Part shown: positions 49,403 through 59,170 of the stretch, in pieces
Layout: each line of letters starts with the position of its first letter
Position numbering within the stretch: the first letter of the stretch is position 1
DNA from: Clostridia bacterium
GTDB lineage: Bacteria > Bacillota > Clostridia > TANB77 > CAG-508
DNA length: 64,000 bases
Direction: 5' to 3'
NCBI GenBank assembly: GCA_900770385.1
Contig: CAAGKK010000037.1
Coordinates: 6,195 to 70,194 of the forward strand
Translations under genes and position numbers: made by a program
Notes under the pieces: model-generated
What the model was told of the DNA's origin: nothing
Database searches by the model: none
Seen by the model: only the letters and a program-made list of their open reading frames with translations

Positions 49403-49537
49403 TAATAATTTATCCTTTCAATAATATACAAATATTATATAATATAATTCTACAAAAATACAATAAAAAAATGAAAAAATATATTAAATTTATGTTACAA
49501 TTAATGATATAATGTATATAAATATAGGAGAATAAAA

Positions 49538-50455
49538 ATGAATAATAAATTGCCAGATTTTTTATTAAATAAATTAAATAATCAGTATGGAGAAGATATA
49601 ACAAATAAAATAATAAATGGTTATTGCAAAAAAAAGGTAACAATTAGAATAAATACATTAAAAACAAGCAAAGAAGAAGTGTGCAATATTTTAGAAAAAA
49701 ATAATATACAATATAAAGAAGTTACAAGGAATAACATAGCTTTAATAATAGAAAATGCAAATGAAGAAACATTAAGCAAATTAGAAATATATGAAAAAGG
49801 GTATATATATTTACAAAGTTTATCTTCAATGCTTCCTCCTATTATTTTGCAACCGCAAGAAAGCGAAGATATATTAGATATGACAGCAGCTCCAGGAAGT
49901 AAAACAACACAAATAGCAGCAATCACAAAAAATAGAGCAAACATAACAGCATATGAGATGAATAAAATAAGAGCAGATAGATTAAAATATAATTTACAAA
50001 AACAAGGTGCAAACAGTGTTATTGTTATTAATGAAGATAGTAGAAAAATGAGCGACTATTTTGCTTTTGATAGAATTTTATTAGATGCCCCATGTAGTGG
50101 AAGTGGTACAGTAAATTTACAAAATGAGAAAACATATAAAAACATAACAAAAGAGTTAATACAAAAAAACAGAAAAAGCCAACTTGCACTATTAAAAAAA
50201 GCATTAAAAATACTAAAGCCTGGTCATGAAATGGTATACTCAACTTGTTCTATATTAAGAGAAGAAAATGAAGATATAATTAATCAGGTAATAAATGACC
50301 AAGATATAGAAATTATACCAATTAATATAAATGAGGATATACCAAAACTTCCTTGCAGAATAAAAGAAGCAATTTGCATAGCACCAAATGAATATTATGA
50401 AGGATTTTTTGTTGCAAAATTAAAGAAGAAAAATAGAAAAGAAAATGGATTTTAA
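49538..50455 (+). CDS. RsmB/NOL1/NOP2/Sun-family RNA m5C methyltransferase
   Basis: DMTAAPGSKTTQIA, DRILLDAPCSGSG and VYSTCS. Confidence 0.85.
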   Translation: MNNKLPDFLLNKLNNQYGEDITNKIINGYCKKKVTIRINTLKTSKEEVCNILEKNNIQYKEVTRNNIALIIENANEETLSKLEIYEKGYIYLQSLSSMLPPIILQPQESEDILDMTAAPGSKTTQIAAITKNRANITAYEMNKIRADRLKYNLQKQGANSVIVINEDSRKMSDYFAFDRILLDAPCSGSGTVNLQNEKTYKNITKELIQKNRKSQLALLKKALKILKPGHEMVYSTCSILREENEDIINQVINDQDIEIIPININEDIPKLPCRIKEAICIAPNEYYEGFFVAKLKKKNRKENGF

Positions 50456-50466
50456 TCCACTTTCTT

Positions 50467-52854
50467 TTATTTTATAACAATATTGTAAATTTTATTTTTT
50501 ACATAAATCTCTTTTACAATAGATTTACCATCAAGATAACTCTTTACAGCTTCATGAGCTTTTCCTTTTATGATTTCTTCATCAGTATCATAAGGTATTT
50601 TTAAAGTAGCTCTAAGCTTACCATTTACTTGTATTGGTAAATTATATTCATCTTCTTTACATTTATCTTCATCAAATGTAGGCCATACTTCATATGATAT
50701 TGTATTATTGTGACCTAGAATATTCCATATTTCTTCGGTAATATGTGGTGCTACTGGATTTAATAATTTTAAAAAGCCCTCTGCATATTCTTTAGGTAAT
50801 ATTTCTTCTTTATTAGCTGTATTTATAAATATCATCATTTGGCTTATTGCAGTATTAAAGTTCATAGATTCATAATCATTTGTTACTTTTTTTACTGTAA
50901 AGTTATATATTTTTTCTAAGTTTTTATTCTCAATTTCTTGAATTTTATTAGACTCTACAAATAATCTCCAAACTCTATCTAAGAAATTTTTAGAACCTGA
51001 AATTCCATGTGGATCCCAAGGCTTAGCGGCATCTATTGGTCCCATAAACATTTCATAAACTCTTAAGCTATCAGTGCCATATTGTCTAACCATGTCATCT
51101 GGGTTAACAACATTACCTTTTGATTTAGACATTTTTTCTCCATTTGAACCTAAAATCATACCTTGATGACGAAGTTTTGCAAATGGTTCTTTTACAGGTA
51201 CTATGCCTTTATTATATAGATAGTTATTCCAGAATCTCGAATATAATAAATGTCCTACAGCATGTTCTGGTCCACCAACATATAAATCAACAGGAAGCCA
51301 ATGCTTTAATAGTTCTTTGTTTGCAATTTCATTATCATTATTTGGATCAATATATCGTAGAAAATACCAACTAGAAGCTGCACTACCAGGCATTGTACTT
51401 GTTTCTCTTTTTCCTGCTTGGCCATTTACTTCAACATTAACCCAATCAGTTGCCTTTTCAAGTGGTGAGGCCCCGGATTTTGAAGGAGCATAATCTTCAA
51501 GAGAAGGTAAAATTAAAGGTAAATCCTTATCATCTAAAACAATCATATCATCTCCAATATGAATAATTGGAATAGGTTCACCCCAATAACGCTGCCTTGC
51601 AAAAATCCATTCTCTTAATTTATAATTTACTTTTTTCTCTCCAATTTCATTTTCCTCAAGCCATGAAATAATCTTATTAATAGCATCTTCTTTATTTAAT
51701 CCATTTAAGAAAGCCGAATTAATATGTAATCCGTCACCGGTAAAAGCTTCTTTTGATACATCTCCACCATCTAGAACAGGGATAATATCTAACCCAAATT
51801 TTTTAGCAAAAGCATAATCTCTTTCATCATGTGCAGGAACAGCCATAATAGCTCCAGTTCCATAAGAAGCTAAAACATAGTCTGAAATCCATATTGGAAT
51901 TTCTTTTCCGTTTACAGGGTTAATTGCATATGCACCTGTGAATACACCAGTTTTCTCTTTATTTAATTCTGTTCTTTCTAAGTCAGATTTTGAACTACAA
52001 ACTTTCTTATATGACTCAACAGCATCTTTTTGTTCTGTAGTTGTAATAATATTTATGAACTCATGCTCTGGAGCTAATACACAATATGTTGCTCCAAATA
52101 AAGTATCTGCTCTTGTTGTGAATACTGTAAATTCTAAATCATGATTTGCAACTTTAAATTTTACATGAGCACCAACAGATTTGCCAATCCAATTTCTTTG
52201 AATTTCTTTTGTAGATTCAGGCCAATCTATGTCATCTAGTCCAGCAAGTAATGTTTCTGCATATTTAGGAATGTCTAGTACCCATTGTTTCATATTTTTA
52301 CGAACAACAGGGAAGCCACCTCTTTCAGATTTTCCATCTATTATTTCATCATTGGCAAGAACAGTTCCTAATTCTTCACACCAGTTAACAGGCATATCCA
52401 CAAATTTTGCAAGACCATCATTGTATAATTGTTTAAAAATCCATTGTGTCCATTTGTAGTATGAAGGATCACAAGTTGAAATTTCTCTATCCCAATCAAA
52501 AGAAAAACCAAGCATTTTTAATTGCCTTTTAAAAGTTGAAATATTTTGTTTAGTAAATATTTCAGGATGATTACCAGTCTTAATTGCGTATTGCTCTGCT
52601 GGAAGACCAAAAGAATCCCAACCCATTGGATGTAAAACATTATATCCATTCATTCTCTTAAATCTAGACATTACATCTGTTGCAGTATAGCCTTCTGGAT
52701 GGCCAACATGCAAACCCTGACCAGATGGATAAGGAAACATATCTAAAGCATAATATTTAGGTTTAGAAAAATCCCATACATCAGTTTTAAATGTTTTGTT
52801 ATCGTCCCAATATTTTTGCCATTTCTTTTCTATATTTTGAAAATCATATGTCAT
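50467..52854 (-). CDS. leuS: Leucine--tRNA ligase
   Basis: [12 protein letters not shown] (HIGH) and KMSKSKGN (KMSKS). 795 aa. Confidence 0.95.
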   Translation of the reverse strand: MTYDFQNIEKKWQKYWDDNKTFKTDVWDFSKPKYYALDMFPYPSGQGLHVGHPEGYTATDVMSRFKRMNGYNVLHPMGWDSFGLPAEQYAIKTGNHPEIFTKQNISTFKRQLKMLGFSFDWDREISTCDPSYYKWTQWIFKQLYNDGLAKFVDMPVNWCEELGTVLANDEIIDGKSERGGFPVVRKNMKQWVLDIPKYAETLLAGLDDIDWPESTKEIQRNWIGKSVGAHVKFKVANHDLEFTVFTTRADTLFGATYCVLAPEHEFINIITTTEQKDAVESYKKVCSSKSDLERTELNKEKTGVFTGAYAINPVNGKEIPIWISDYVLASYGTGAIMAVPAHDERDYAFAKKFGLDIIPVLDGGDVSKEAFTGDGLHINSAFLNGLNKEDAINKIISWLEENEIGEKKVNYKLREWIFARQRYWGEPIPIIHIGDDMIVLDDKDLPLILPSLEDYAPSKSGASPLEKATDWVNVEVNGQAGKRETSTMPGSAASSWYFLRYIDPNNDNEIANKELLKHWLPVDLYVGGPEHAVGHLLYSRFWNNYLYNKGIVPVKEPFAKLRHQGMILGSNGEKMSKSKGNVVNPDDMVRQYGTDSLRVYEMFMGPIDAAKPWDPHGISGSKNFLDRVWRLFVESNKIQEIENKNLEKIYNFTVKKVTNDYESMNFNTAISQMMIFINTANKEEILPKEYAEGFLKLLNPVAPHITEEIWNILGHNNTISYEVWPTFDEDKCKEDEYNLPIQVNGKLRATLKIPYDTDEEIIKGKAHEAVKSYLDGKSIVKEIYVKNKIYNIVIK

Positions 52855-52954
52855 TTATTTATCACTTTCTTTCCATTTAAGAATATTAATATACGATATT
52901 ATACAATACTTCAGTAACAAAATAAAGAGTAAACTGAATAAAAAATAAAAAAAT

Positions 52955-52995
52955 GAGGGGAACCAAAAAGGGTCAGACCACTTTTGGTTCCCCTC
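52955..52995. repeat. REP-like palindrome, left flank of the Y1 transposase gene
   Basis: gaggggaaccaaaa-agggtcagaccac-ttttggttcccctc. Confidence 0.8.
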
Positions 52996-53076
52996 TTGAA
53001 AAAAAAAAATCAATATAATATAATAACGATCGGGAGCAAAATTATAAAAATCATATTTAAGGAGAATGTAATAATT

Positions 53077-53868
53077 ATGCCCCGTTCACTTAGAATAAAA
53101 AGTTTAACTAATATTTATCATATAATGATAAGAGGTGTTAATAAAGAAATCATTTTTTATGACACAGCAGATAAGAAAAAATTCTTACAAATACTAAAGT
53201 ACTATTTAAGCAAATACAGTGTAGAAATAATAGCTTATTGTTTAATGAATAATCATGTGCATTTTTTATTAAAATCAAAAGAGGATTTTAGCAAATTTAT
53301 GCAATGTATACAGACAGTATATGCTACTTATTTCAATAAAAAGTATAAAAGAATAGGTCATTTATTTCAAGATAGATTTAAAAGTATTCCGGTTGAAGAA
53401 GAAAGATATTTATTAGAATGTGTACGATATATACACCAAAATCCTGTAAAGGCCAATATTTCAACAATAGAAAAATATAAATGGAGTAGCTATAATGAAT
53501 ATATTAAAAATTCAAAATTAGTTAATACTGATTTGATTCTAAAGCTATTTTCTACTGAAAAAGAAACAGCAATTAATAATTACAAAAAATATATGAATAT
53601 AATTAGCAATGAATCAGATATTAGAAATGTGGGAATAGAAGAGAAAATAAGTGATAATGATGCTATAAAATTTATAGAGGATTTCTTTAAGGTAAAAATA
53701 GGTGCCATAAGAAAAATGAAAATAATAGAGAGAAATATATTATTAACTAAAATAGTATCATTAGAAGTTATGAATATATTACAAATTTCGAGAATTACAG
53801 GAATAAATAGAAATATTTTAAGAAAAATAGATAAAAGAAGAAAGGCAGGGGGACCAAAAGTGGTCTGA
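53077..53868 (+). CDS. IS200-like/REP-associated tyrosine (Y1, HUH) transposase (RAYT-like) with a C-terminal HTH
   Basis: IYHIMIRGVNKEIIF, HUH motif NNHVHFLL, GHLFQDRFKS and RYIHQNPVKA. The start was moved to the ATG at 53077 behind RBS aaggag. Confidence 0.8.
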   Translation: MPRSLRIKSLTNIYHIMIRGVNKEIIFYDTADKKKFLQILKYYLSKYSVEIIAYCLMNNHVHFLLKSKEDFSKFMQCIQTVYATYFNKKYKRIGHLFQDRFKSIPVEEERYLLECVRYIHQNPVKANISTIEKYKWSSYNEYIKNSKLVNTDLILKLFSTEKETAINNYKKYMNIISNESDIRNVGIEEKISDNDAIKFIEDFFKVKIGAIRKMKIIERNILLTKIVSLEVMNILQISRITGINRNILRKIDKRRKAGGPKVV

Positions 53869-53885
53869 CCCTTTTTGGTTCCCCC
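53848..53885. repeat. REP-like palindrome, right flank (reverse complement of the left copy)
   Basis: gggggaccaaaa-gtggtctgaccct-ttttggttccccc. The loop is the exact reverse complement of the left copy's loop. Confidence 0.8.
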
Positions 53886-53902
53886 TAACAGAGGAAGGAT
53901 AT

Positions 53903-55831
53903 ATGCCTAAAAAACTATTGATAACTGAAAAGCCATCTGTTGCAATGGAATTTTCAAAAGCTTTAAAACAAAATACAGTTAGAAAAAATGGATATTTAGA
54001 GTCAAAAGATTGGATTATAACTTGGTGTGTAGGACATTTAGTTACAATGTCTTATCCAGAAGCATATGATGAAAAATTAAAGTTTTGGAGATTAGATACA
54101 CTACCATTTATACCAGACGAGTATAAATATGAAATAATATCAGCAGTTAAAAACCAATTCGATATAGTACAAAGCTTATTACAAAGAGAAGATGTAGAAG
54201 AAATATATAATGCTGGAGATTCAGGAAGAGAAGGAGAATATATACAAAGGTTAGTGTTTATGATGGCACATCCAAATCCAAAAGCTAAAATGAAAAGAGT
54301 TTGGATAGATTCTCAAACAGAAGAAGAAATTTTAAGAGGAATAAAAGAAGCAAAAGATATGTCAGAATATGATAGCTTATCAGATTCTGCATATTTGCGT
54401 GCAAAAGAGGATTATCTAATAGGAATTAATTTTTCAAGATTATTATCAATAATATATGGAAGAAGATTAGCAAAAGAAATAAATGAAGATAAAGTTTCTA
54501 TTTCAGTAGGAAGAGTTATGACATGTGTTTTAGGAATGGTTGTAATAAGAGAAAGAGAAATTAGAAACTTTGTAAAAACTAAGTATTATAAATTAATAGG
54601 AAAATTTGGAAATAACGAATCAGAATTTGATGCAGAATGGAAGGTAAATGAAAATTCTGTAATGTACAATAATCCTAAATTATATAATGAGTCAGGCTTT
54701 AAAAAGGTAGAAGATTTAAAGAACTTTATAAATTATCTGAAAGATAAAGAAGCAATAATCACAGAAGTAAAAAAACAAAAACAAAAAGAGAATCCACCAC
54801 TTTTGTTTAATCTAGCTGAAATTCAAAATGAATGCACTAAACAATTCAAAATAAAACCAGATGAAACACTAGAAATAATACAAAACTTATATGAAAAGAA
54901 ACTAGTAACATATCCAAGAACAGATGCTAGAGTTTTATCTACTGCAGTAGCCAAAGAGATAACTAAAAACTTAAATGGAATATCAAGAGGTCTTAAAGAT
55001 GAAGAAATAAAAGAATATATAAATAAAATGGTAGAAGAAAAATATTCAACAAATTTAATAAAAACTAAATATGTAAATGACTCAAAAATAACAGACCATT
55101 ACGCAATAATTCCAACAGGACAAGGATATGAAAATTATGAAACATTACCAGAACTACATAAAAGAGTATATAAAATAATAGTAAAAAGATTTTTAGCAAT
55201 TTTTTATCCACCAGCAGAATACAATAAAATAAATGTAACAATTGATATAGAAAAAGAAAAATTTTATGCTAATGGAAAGGTTTGTATAAAAAGAGGATAT
55301 TTAGACATATTAAAACCAAAAAACGAAACAGAAGAATCTGATACATCAAAAGATAATAATAGTAATTTAGATATACTTTCAACATTAAAAAAGGAACAGA
55401 AAGTTCAAATAAATAATTTTGAAAATAAGGAAGCAGAAACCACACCACCTAATAGATACAATTCTGGTTCTATGATTCTAGCAATGGAAAATGCAGGAAA
55501 ATTAATAGAAGACGAAGAACTAAGAGAACAAATAAAAGGAGCAGGTATTGGTACAAGCGCAACAAGGGCGGAAATTATAAAAAAGTTAGAAAGAATAAAA
55601 TACATACAAATAAATAATAAAACTCAAATAATTACACCAACCGGAAAAGGTGAAAAAATATTTGATATAGTAAATATGTCTATGCCAGATATGTTAAATC
55701 CAAAATTAACAGCAAGTTGGGAAAAAGGATTAGATATGGTTGCAAAAAAAGAAATTGAGCCAGATATATTTATGAATAAACTAAAAAAATATATTCATTC
55801 AAAAGTTGATAAATTGGTAGTTAAAATGTAA
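53903..55831 (+). CDS. topB: DNA topoisomerase III (type IA)
   Basis: Toprim [10 protein letters not shown] ... GDSGREGE. Catalytic region [13 protein letters not shown]. No zinc-ribbon tail. Confidence 0.85.
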   Translation: MPKKLLITEKPSVAMEFSKALKQNTVRKNGYLESKDWIITWCVGHLVTMSYPEAYDEKLKFWRLDTLPFIPDEYKYEIISAVKNQFDIVQSLLQREDVEEIYNAGDSGREGEYIQRLVFMMAHPNPKAKMKRVWIDSQTEEEILRGIKEAKDMSEYDSLSDSAYLRAKEDYLIGINFSRLLSIIYGRRLAKEINEDKVSISVGRVMTCVLGMVVIREREIRNFVKTKYYKLIGKFGNNESEFDAEWKVNENSVMYNNPKLYNESGFKKVEDLKNFINYLKDKEAIITEVKKQKQKENPPLLFNLAEIQNECTKQFKIKPDETLEIIQNLYEKKLVTYPRTDARVLSTAVAKEITKNLNGISRGLKDEEIKEYINKMVEEKYSTNLIKTKYVNDSKITDHYAIIPTGQGYENYETLPELHKRVYKIIVKRFLAIFYPPAEYNKINVTIDIEKEKFYANGKVCIKRGYLDILKPKNETEESDTSKDNNSNLDILSTLKKEQKVQINNFENKEAETTPPNRYNSGSMILAMENAGKLIEDEELREQIKGAGIGTSATRAEIIKKLERIKYIQINNKTQIITPTGKGEKIFDIVNMSMPDMLNPKLTASWEKGLDMVAKKEIEPDIFMNKLKKYIHSKVDKLVVKM

Positions 55832-55883
55832 GCATATATTTCACCTAATTATTATAAAAAAATATAATATATTAGGTGATTTT

Positions 55884-56429
55884 ATGTTTAAAGCAATAAA
55901 AGATATATATTTAGATGCAAAAAATATATGCCAAAAGGATCCAGCAAGTAAAAATATTTTATATGTGATTTTTCTTTATCCAGGTTTTCATGCTATTTTA
56001 TTTCATAGAATAGCGCACTTTTTAAATAATTTAAATTTTAAATTTATAGCAAGGCTAATATCGCAAATAGCGAGGTTTTTTACAGGAATAGAAATACATC
56101 CTGGTGCTAAAATTGGAAAAAGATTATTTATAGATCATGGAATGGGAATTGTAATAGGCGAAACAGCTACAATTGGAAATAATTGTACAATATACCATGG
56201 AGTTACATTAGGAGGAACAGGAAAAGATAAATATAAAAGACATCCTGATTTAGGAAATAATGTAATAGTAGGGTGTGGAGCTAAAATTTTGGGACCAATA
56301 AAAATTGGAAACAATGTGAAAATAGGAGCAAATGCAGTAGTTTTAAAAGAAGTACAGGATAATTCTACAATAGTAGGAGTACCAGGAATAACAAAAAACA
56401 CAAATGAAGATGGAATCTTTTTAGAATAA
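55884..56429 (+). CDS. cysE: Serine O-acetyltransferase
   Basis: [41 protein letters not shown] hexapeptide core. Confidence 0.85.
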   Translation: MFKAIKDIYLDAKNICQKDPASKNILYVIFLYPGFHAILFHRIAHFLNNLNFKFIARLISQIARFFTGIEIHPGAKIGKRLFIDHGMGIVIGETATIGNNCTIYHGVTLGGTGKDKYKRHPDLGNNVIVGCGAKILGPIKIGNNVKIGANAVVLKEVQDNSTIVGVPGITKNTNEDGIFLE

Positions 56430-56489
56430 GTAATAGAAAAAGCAGATAATTAGTTGATAATTATCTGCTTTAATAATACAAATAATTTA

Positions 56490-56551
56490 GAATTCACCTT
56501 TTATGTAAAAATGACATAATATATAGCAAGTTACATAAGGAAGGTGAATTT
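56490..56551 (+). promoter_or_regulatory. Long imperfect hairpin that pairs the murA Shine-Dalgarno region
   Basis: The left arm gaattcacctt-ttatgtaa pairs with ttacataa-gg-aaggtgaatt(t). The right arm contains the RBS aaggaaggtga, 5-14 nt before the ATG at 56555. Confidence 0.45.
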
Positions 56552-56554
56552 TTT

Positions 56555-56895
56555 ATGAAAAGATATATTATTGAAGGTGGAAAAAAACTTGAGGGAACTA
56601 CATATGTTTCAGGATCTAAAAATGCTTCATTACCTATAATTGCAGCAACACTTTTGAATAAAGGAATAAACAAATTGTATAATGTACCTAATATTCATGA
56701 TACAAAGATGATGTTTAAAATATTAGAAGAATTAGGTTGTAAAATAAAAAAGGTAAATGGTAAAACAATAATTGATTCAAGAAATATAAATAAGTATGAA
56801 ATACCAGATAATTTAATGAGCAAAATGAGATCATCCGTGATTATAGCAGGAGCTCTGTTATCAAGAAGTAAAAAAGTAACATTTACCTACCCAGG
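56555..56895 (+). pseudogene. murA: murA 5' segment (codons 1-113 plus the first two bases of Gly114), interrupted
   Basis: MKRYIIEGGKKLEGTTYVSGSKNASLPIIAATLL...KVTFTYPG, then a non-MurA Asp and a TGA at 56900-56902. Confidence 0.9.
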
Positions 56896-57061
56896 GGATT
56901 GAGATGTTTGGTGGATACATCGGATAAACATAAGATAAATGAATAGATTTGGGAGGTCGATTTTGTTTAAAGTTAGTTGATAATTATCAGTTTTTTGTAA
57001 TATTAACTAATTCTTTAGTAATAAGTACAAACAACATAACAATATAATTTAGAAAAAGGAA

Positions 57062-57235
57062 ATGGAGGTGGATATTCTGGAAGAATCAAATATTACCAAG
57101 AAAACGAAACAAAAGAAAGATAAATTACCATTTACAGTATTCATTTGTCCAAAATCAAATACTGGTGATACTGAGGATTACAAACAGGTATTCACCGACA
57201 TAATTTCCGATAGAATAAAGGAAAAATATGAATAA
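57062..57235 (+). CDS. Small hypothetical protein (57 aa) inside the element
   Basis: ATG preceded by aaaaaggaa. MEVDILEESNITKKTKQKKDKLPFTVFICPKSNTGDTEDYKQVFTDIISDRIKEKYE. Below the ORF-track cutoff. Confidence 0.35.
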   Translation: MEVDILEESNITKKTKQKKDKLPFTVFICPKSNTGDTEDYKQVFTDIISDRIKEKYE

Positions 57236-57580
57236 AAAACAAAACAAAATTTTGTAAAGCTGTTGAAAAAATAATTAAAGATATGATATAAAATATAGTA
57301 AGTTACAATAAGAATTTAGAAAAGTGAACTTGCAAGAATTTGTTGCAAGTTCGAAACGAAAGAAAAAGGTAAATTAAATATATTATAAATTTTAAAAATG
57401 TAATAAATAAAGCAAAGGAAGCTTGTAAGGGTAGTAATATTGCAGAAGAGGAACGCTTTGCAAACGTCGGGAGGGTGTTAAAAGTAGGTAATAATGCAGA
57501 AATTAAAGCAAAGGCTTAGAAAAGAAGGAAATGAGTCGGTGACAAATTGTCACCAACTAAAATAAAAAATATAAGAATTA

Positions 57581-58150
57581 CTACTTTATAATAAACTTGC
57601 CATTTTTATACAATAAAGTATCTCCATTTTTGGCGTTTTTAGGAACTTCATCTATGGGGATATTTTCAGATTTATTAGTATTTAAATTTTTGCAAACAGC
57701 AAAATCTATACCAATATCAGAAATTTGATAATATTCTGGTAAAACATTTATCTTTGAAGAAAGGGTTGCATAACTGCATTCACTTAAAAGTTTATCAATA
57801 TCATTTGCATTTGCTGAAATTCCTGTAGTATCTACACGAAAATCCTTTGAAGAAACTTTTTTTATAGCTTCGCCAACTTCTGGAGTACTATCGTTTAAAT
57901 AAGATTTAGGAATATTGTATATAGTTTTAGAAGAGTAATCAAAGCAAATAGCATAATCATCTTCAAATTTTGCAAAATGCAGATTTGTATTATTAGGTAA
58001 GTTTTCTAGTATTTTATCATTTGTTTGAGATTCTAAATAGTCTTGTAATTCATGAATAAAGTCATCAACAAAAGTTCCTTTAATATTATCATGAATTTTG
58101 TTATCTAATAAATTTAAATTATTTAGTGAAAAGTTTAAAAAATCGTTCAA
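57581..58150 (-). CDS. Hypothetical protein; the C-terminal part is DUF3006-like
   Basis: 189-aa ORF with RBS aggagg. The C-terminal ...IPIDEVPKNAKNGDTLLYKNGKFII resembles the small beta-rich DUF3006 pattern (weak call). Confidence 0.45.
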   Translation of the reverse strand: MNDFLNFSLNNLNLLDNKIHDNIKGTFVDDFIHELQDYLESQTNDKILENLPNNTNLHFAKFEDDYAICFDYSSKTIYNIPKSYLNDSTPEVGEAIKKVSSKDFRVDTTGISANANDIDKLLSECSYATLSSKINVLPEYYQISDIGIDFAVCKNLNTNKSENIPIDEVPKNAKNGDTLLYKNGKFIIK

Positions 58151-58190
58151 AAAAATTCCTCCTTATATTATAATATGTTAGGTGATAGAA

Positions 58191-59045
58191 ATGAAAAAAA
58201 TAAAAAATGCAATAATAATTATAGTAATGCTAATATGTGTAAGTAATGTGAGTTTGGCACATAGTGGTAATATTACAGGTTGGAAAGATAAAGATTCAGA
58301 ATATATAACTGAATATAATGGAAAATATTATGGCTATCACAAAGAAAATGGGGTAGTACATTATCATCAGGTAAAATGGGATAAAGAAAACAAAAAATGG
58401 GTAATTGTTACGCCTGCTGTATACTATGATGAAAATTTTAATAAAATAGAAAACGATTATAATAAAGACACAAATAAAATTGAAGTAGAATTAGTAAAAA
58501 CTGTAGATGGGGATACTGCAAAGTTCAAAATGGATAGGGAACAAGTAACAGTTAGATTTTTAGGAATAAACACAAAAGAAACTGTTCATCCAGAAATTGG
58601 AGAAGAAGAGTGGGGAAAAGAGGCAAGTGATTTCACCAAAGGAAAACTTGAAAATGCTACAAAAATTGAATTAGAGTTTGATAAAGTTGCTGATAAAAAA
58701 GATAAATATGATAGATATTTGGCATGGATATGGGTAGATGATGAGTTGTTGCAAAATTTATTAGTACAAAATGGATTGGCAGAAACTTATATGTTGCAGA
58801 ATAACTATAAATATGCTGGAATGTTACAAGAAAGTGAAGAACTAGCCAAAGAAAGCAAACTTGGAATTTGGAGTGAAGACACGAATGGTACACAAGATGA
58901 CAAAAACAAAACAATACAAGGCAATGATACAGAAGTAAATGCTCAAACAGATGACAATAATTTACTATATATAATTATTGGAGCAATAATATTAATTGCT
59001 ATAAGCATATTTAATATAGCACATAATAATAAAAAAGAAAAGTAG
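58191..59045 (+). CDS. Thermonuclease (staphylococcal nuclease/SNase family) with a signal peptide and a C-terminal TM anchor
   Basis: VKTVDGDTAKF...VRFLGINTKET...GKEASDFTK...DKYDRYLAWIW...NGLAE...AKESKLGIWS covers the SNase catalytic core. N-terminal hydrophobic leader. C-terminal LLYIIIGAIILIAISIF. Confidence 0.8.
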   Translation: MKKIKNAIIIIVMLICVSNVSLAHSGNITGWKDKDSEYITEYNGKYYGYHKENGVVHYHQVKWDKENKKWVIVTPAVYYDENFNKIENDYNKDTNKIEVELVKTVDGDTAKFKMDREQVTVRFLGINTKETVHPEIGEEEWGKEASDFTKGKLENATKIELEFDKVADKKDKYDRYLAWIWVDDELLQNLLVQNGLAETYMLQNNYKYAGMLQESEELAKESKLGIWSEDTNGTQDDKNKTIQGNDTEVNAQTDDNNLLYIIIGAIILIAISIFNIAHNNKKEK

Positions 59046-59052
59046 ATAACTA

Positions 59053-59100
59053 AAAAAGTTCTAAAATTTTGAGGAGATAACTTGAAGTTTTAGAACTTTT
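59053..59100 (+). terminator. Terminator after the nuclease gene
   Basis: aaagttctaaaa ... ttttagaacttt followed by a T-run. Confidence 0.55.
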
Positions 59101-59170
59101 TATATAATAGCAACAATAAAATGTAATATACATTAAATGTTATTGATACATAATGAAGCGGAGGTATACT

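Noticed and set aside
52855-52954. Expected T-box leader upstream of leuS.
   Set aside because: Only about 100 nt separate the leuS start from the REP palindrome. No T-box consensus (reverse complement CGCGGTACCACCC) or specifier/terminator architecture is visible. Only an extended -10 (TGTATAAT on the minus strand) is present.
29195-56554. The 27 kb separating murG from murA-divIB as a possible genomic island.
   Set aside because: The content is core housekeeping (topA, trmFO, addB, leuS, udg, rRNA methyltransferase). Composition looks the same as the flanks and there are no integrase or att features at the borders. The only mobile item inside is the small RAYT unit.
56451-56990. A 17-nt identical string ttagttgataattatc occurs in the cysE terminator (about 56450-56466) and about 70 nt inside the left end of the murA element (about 56973-56989).
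   Set aside because: By rough estimate, a few 17-nt chance matches are expected in 64 kb of DNA this AT-rich. The string does not coincide with the mapped crossover site.
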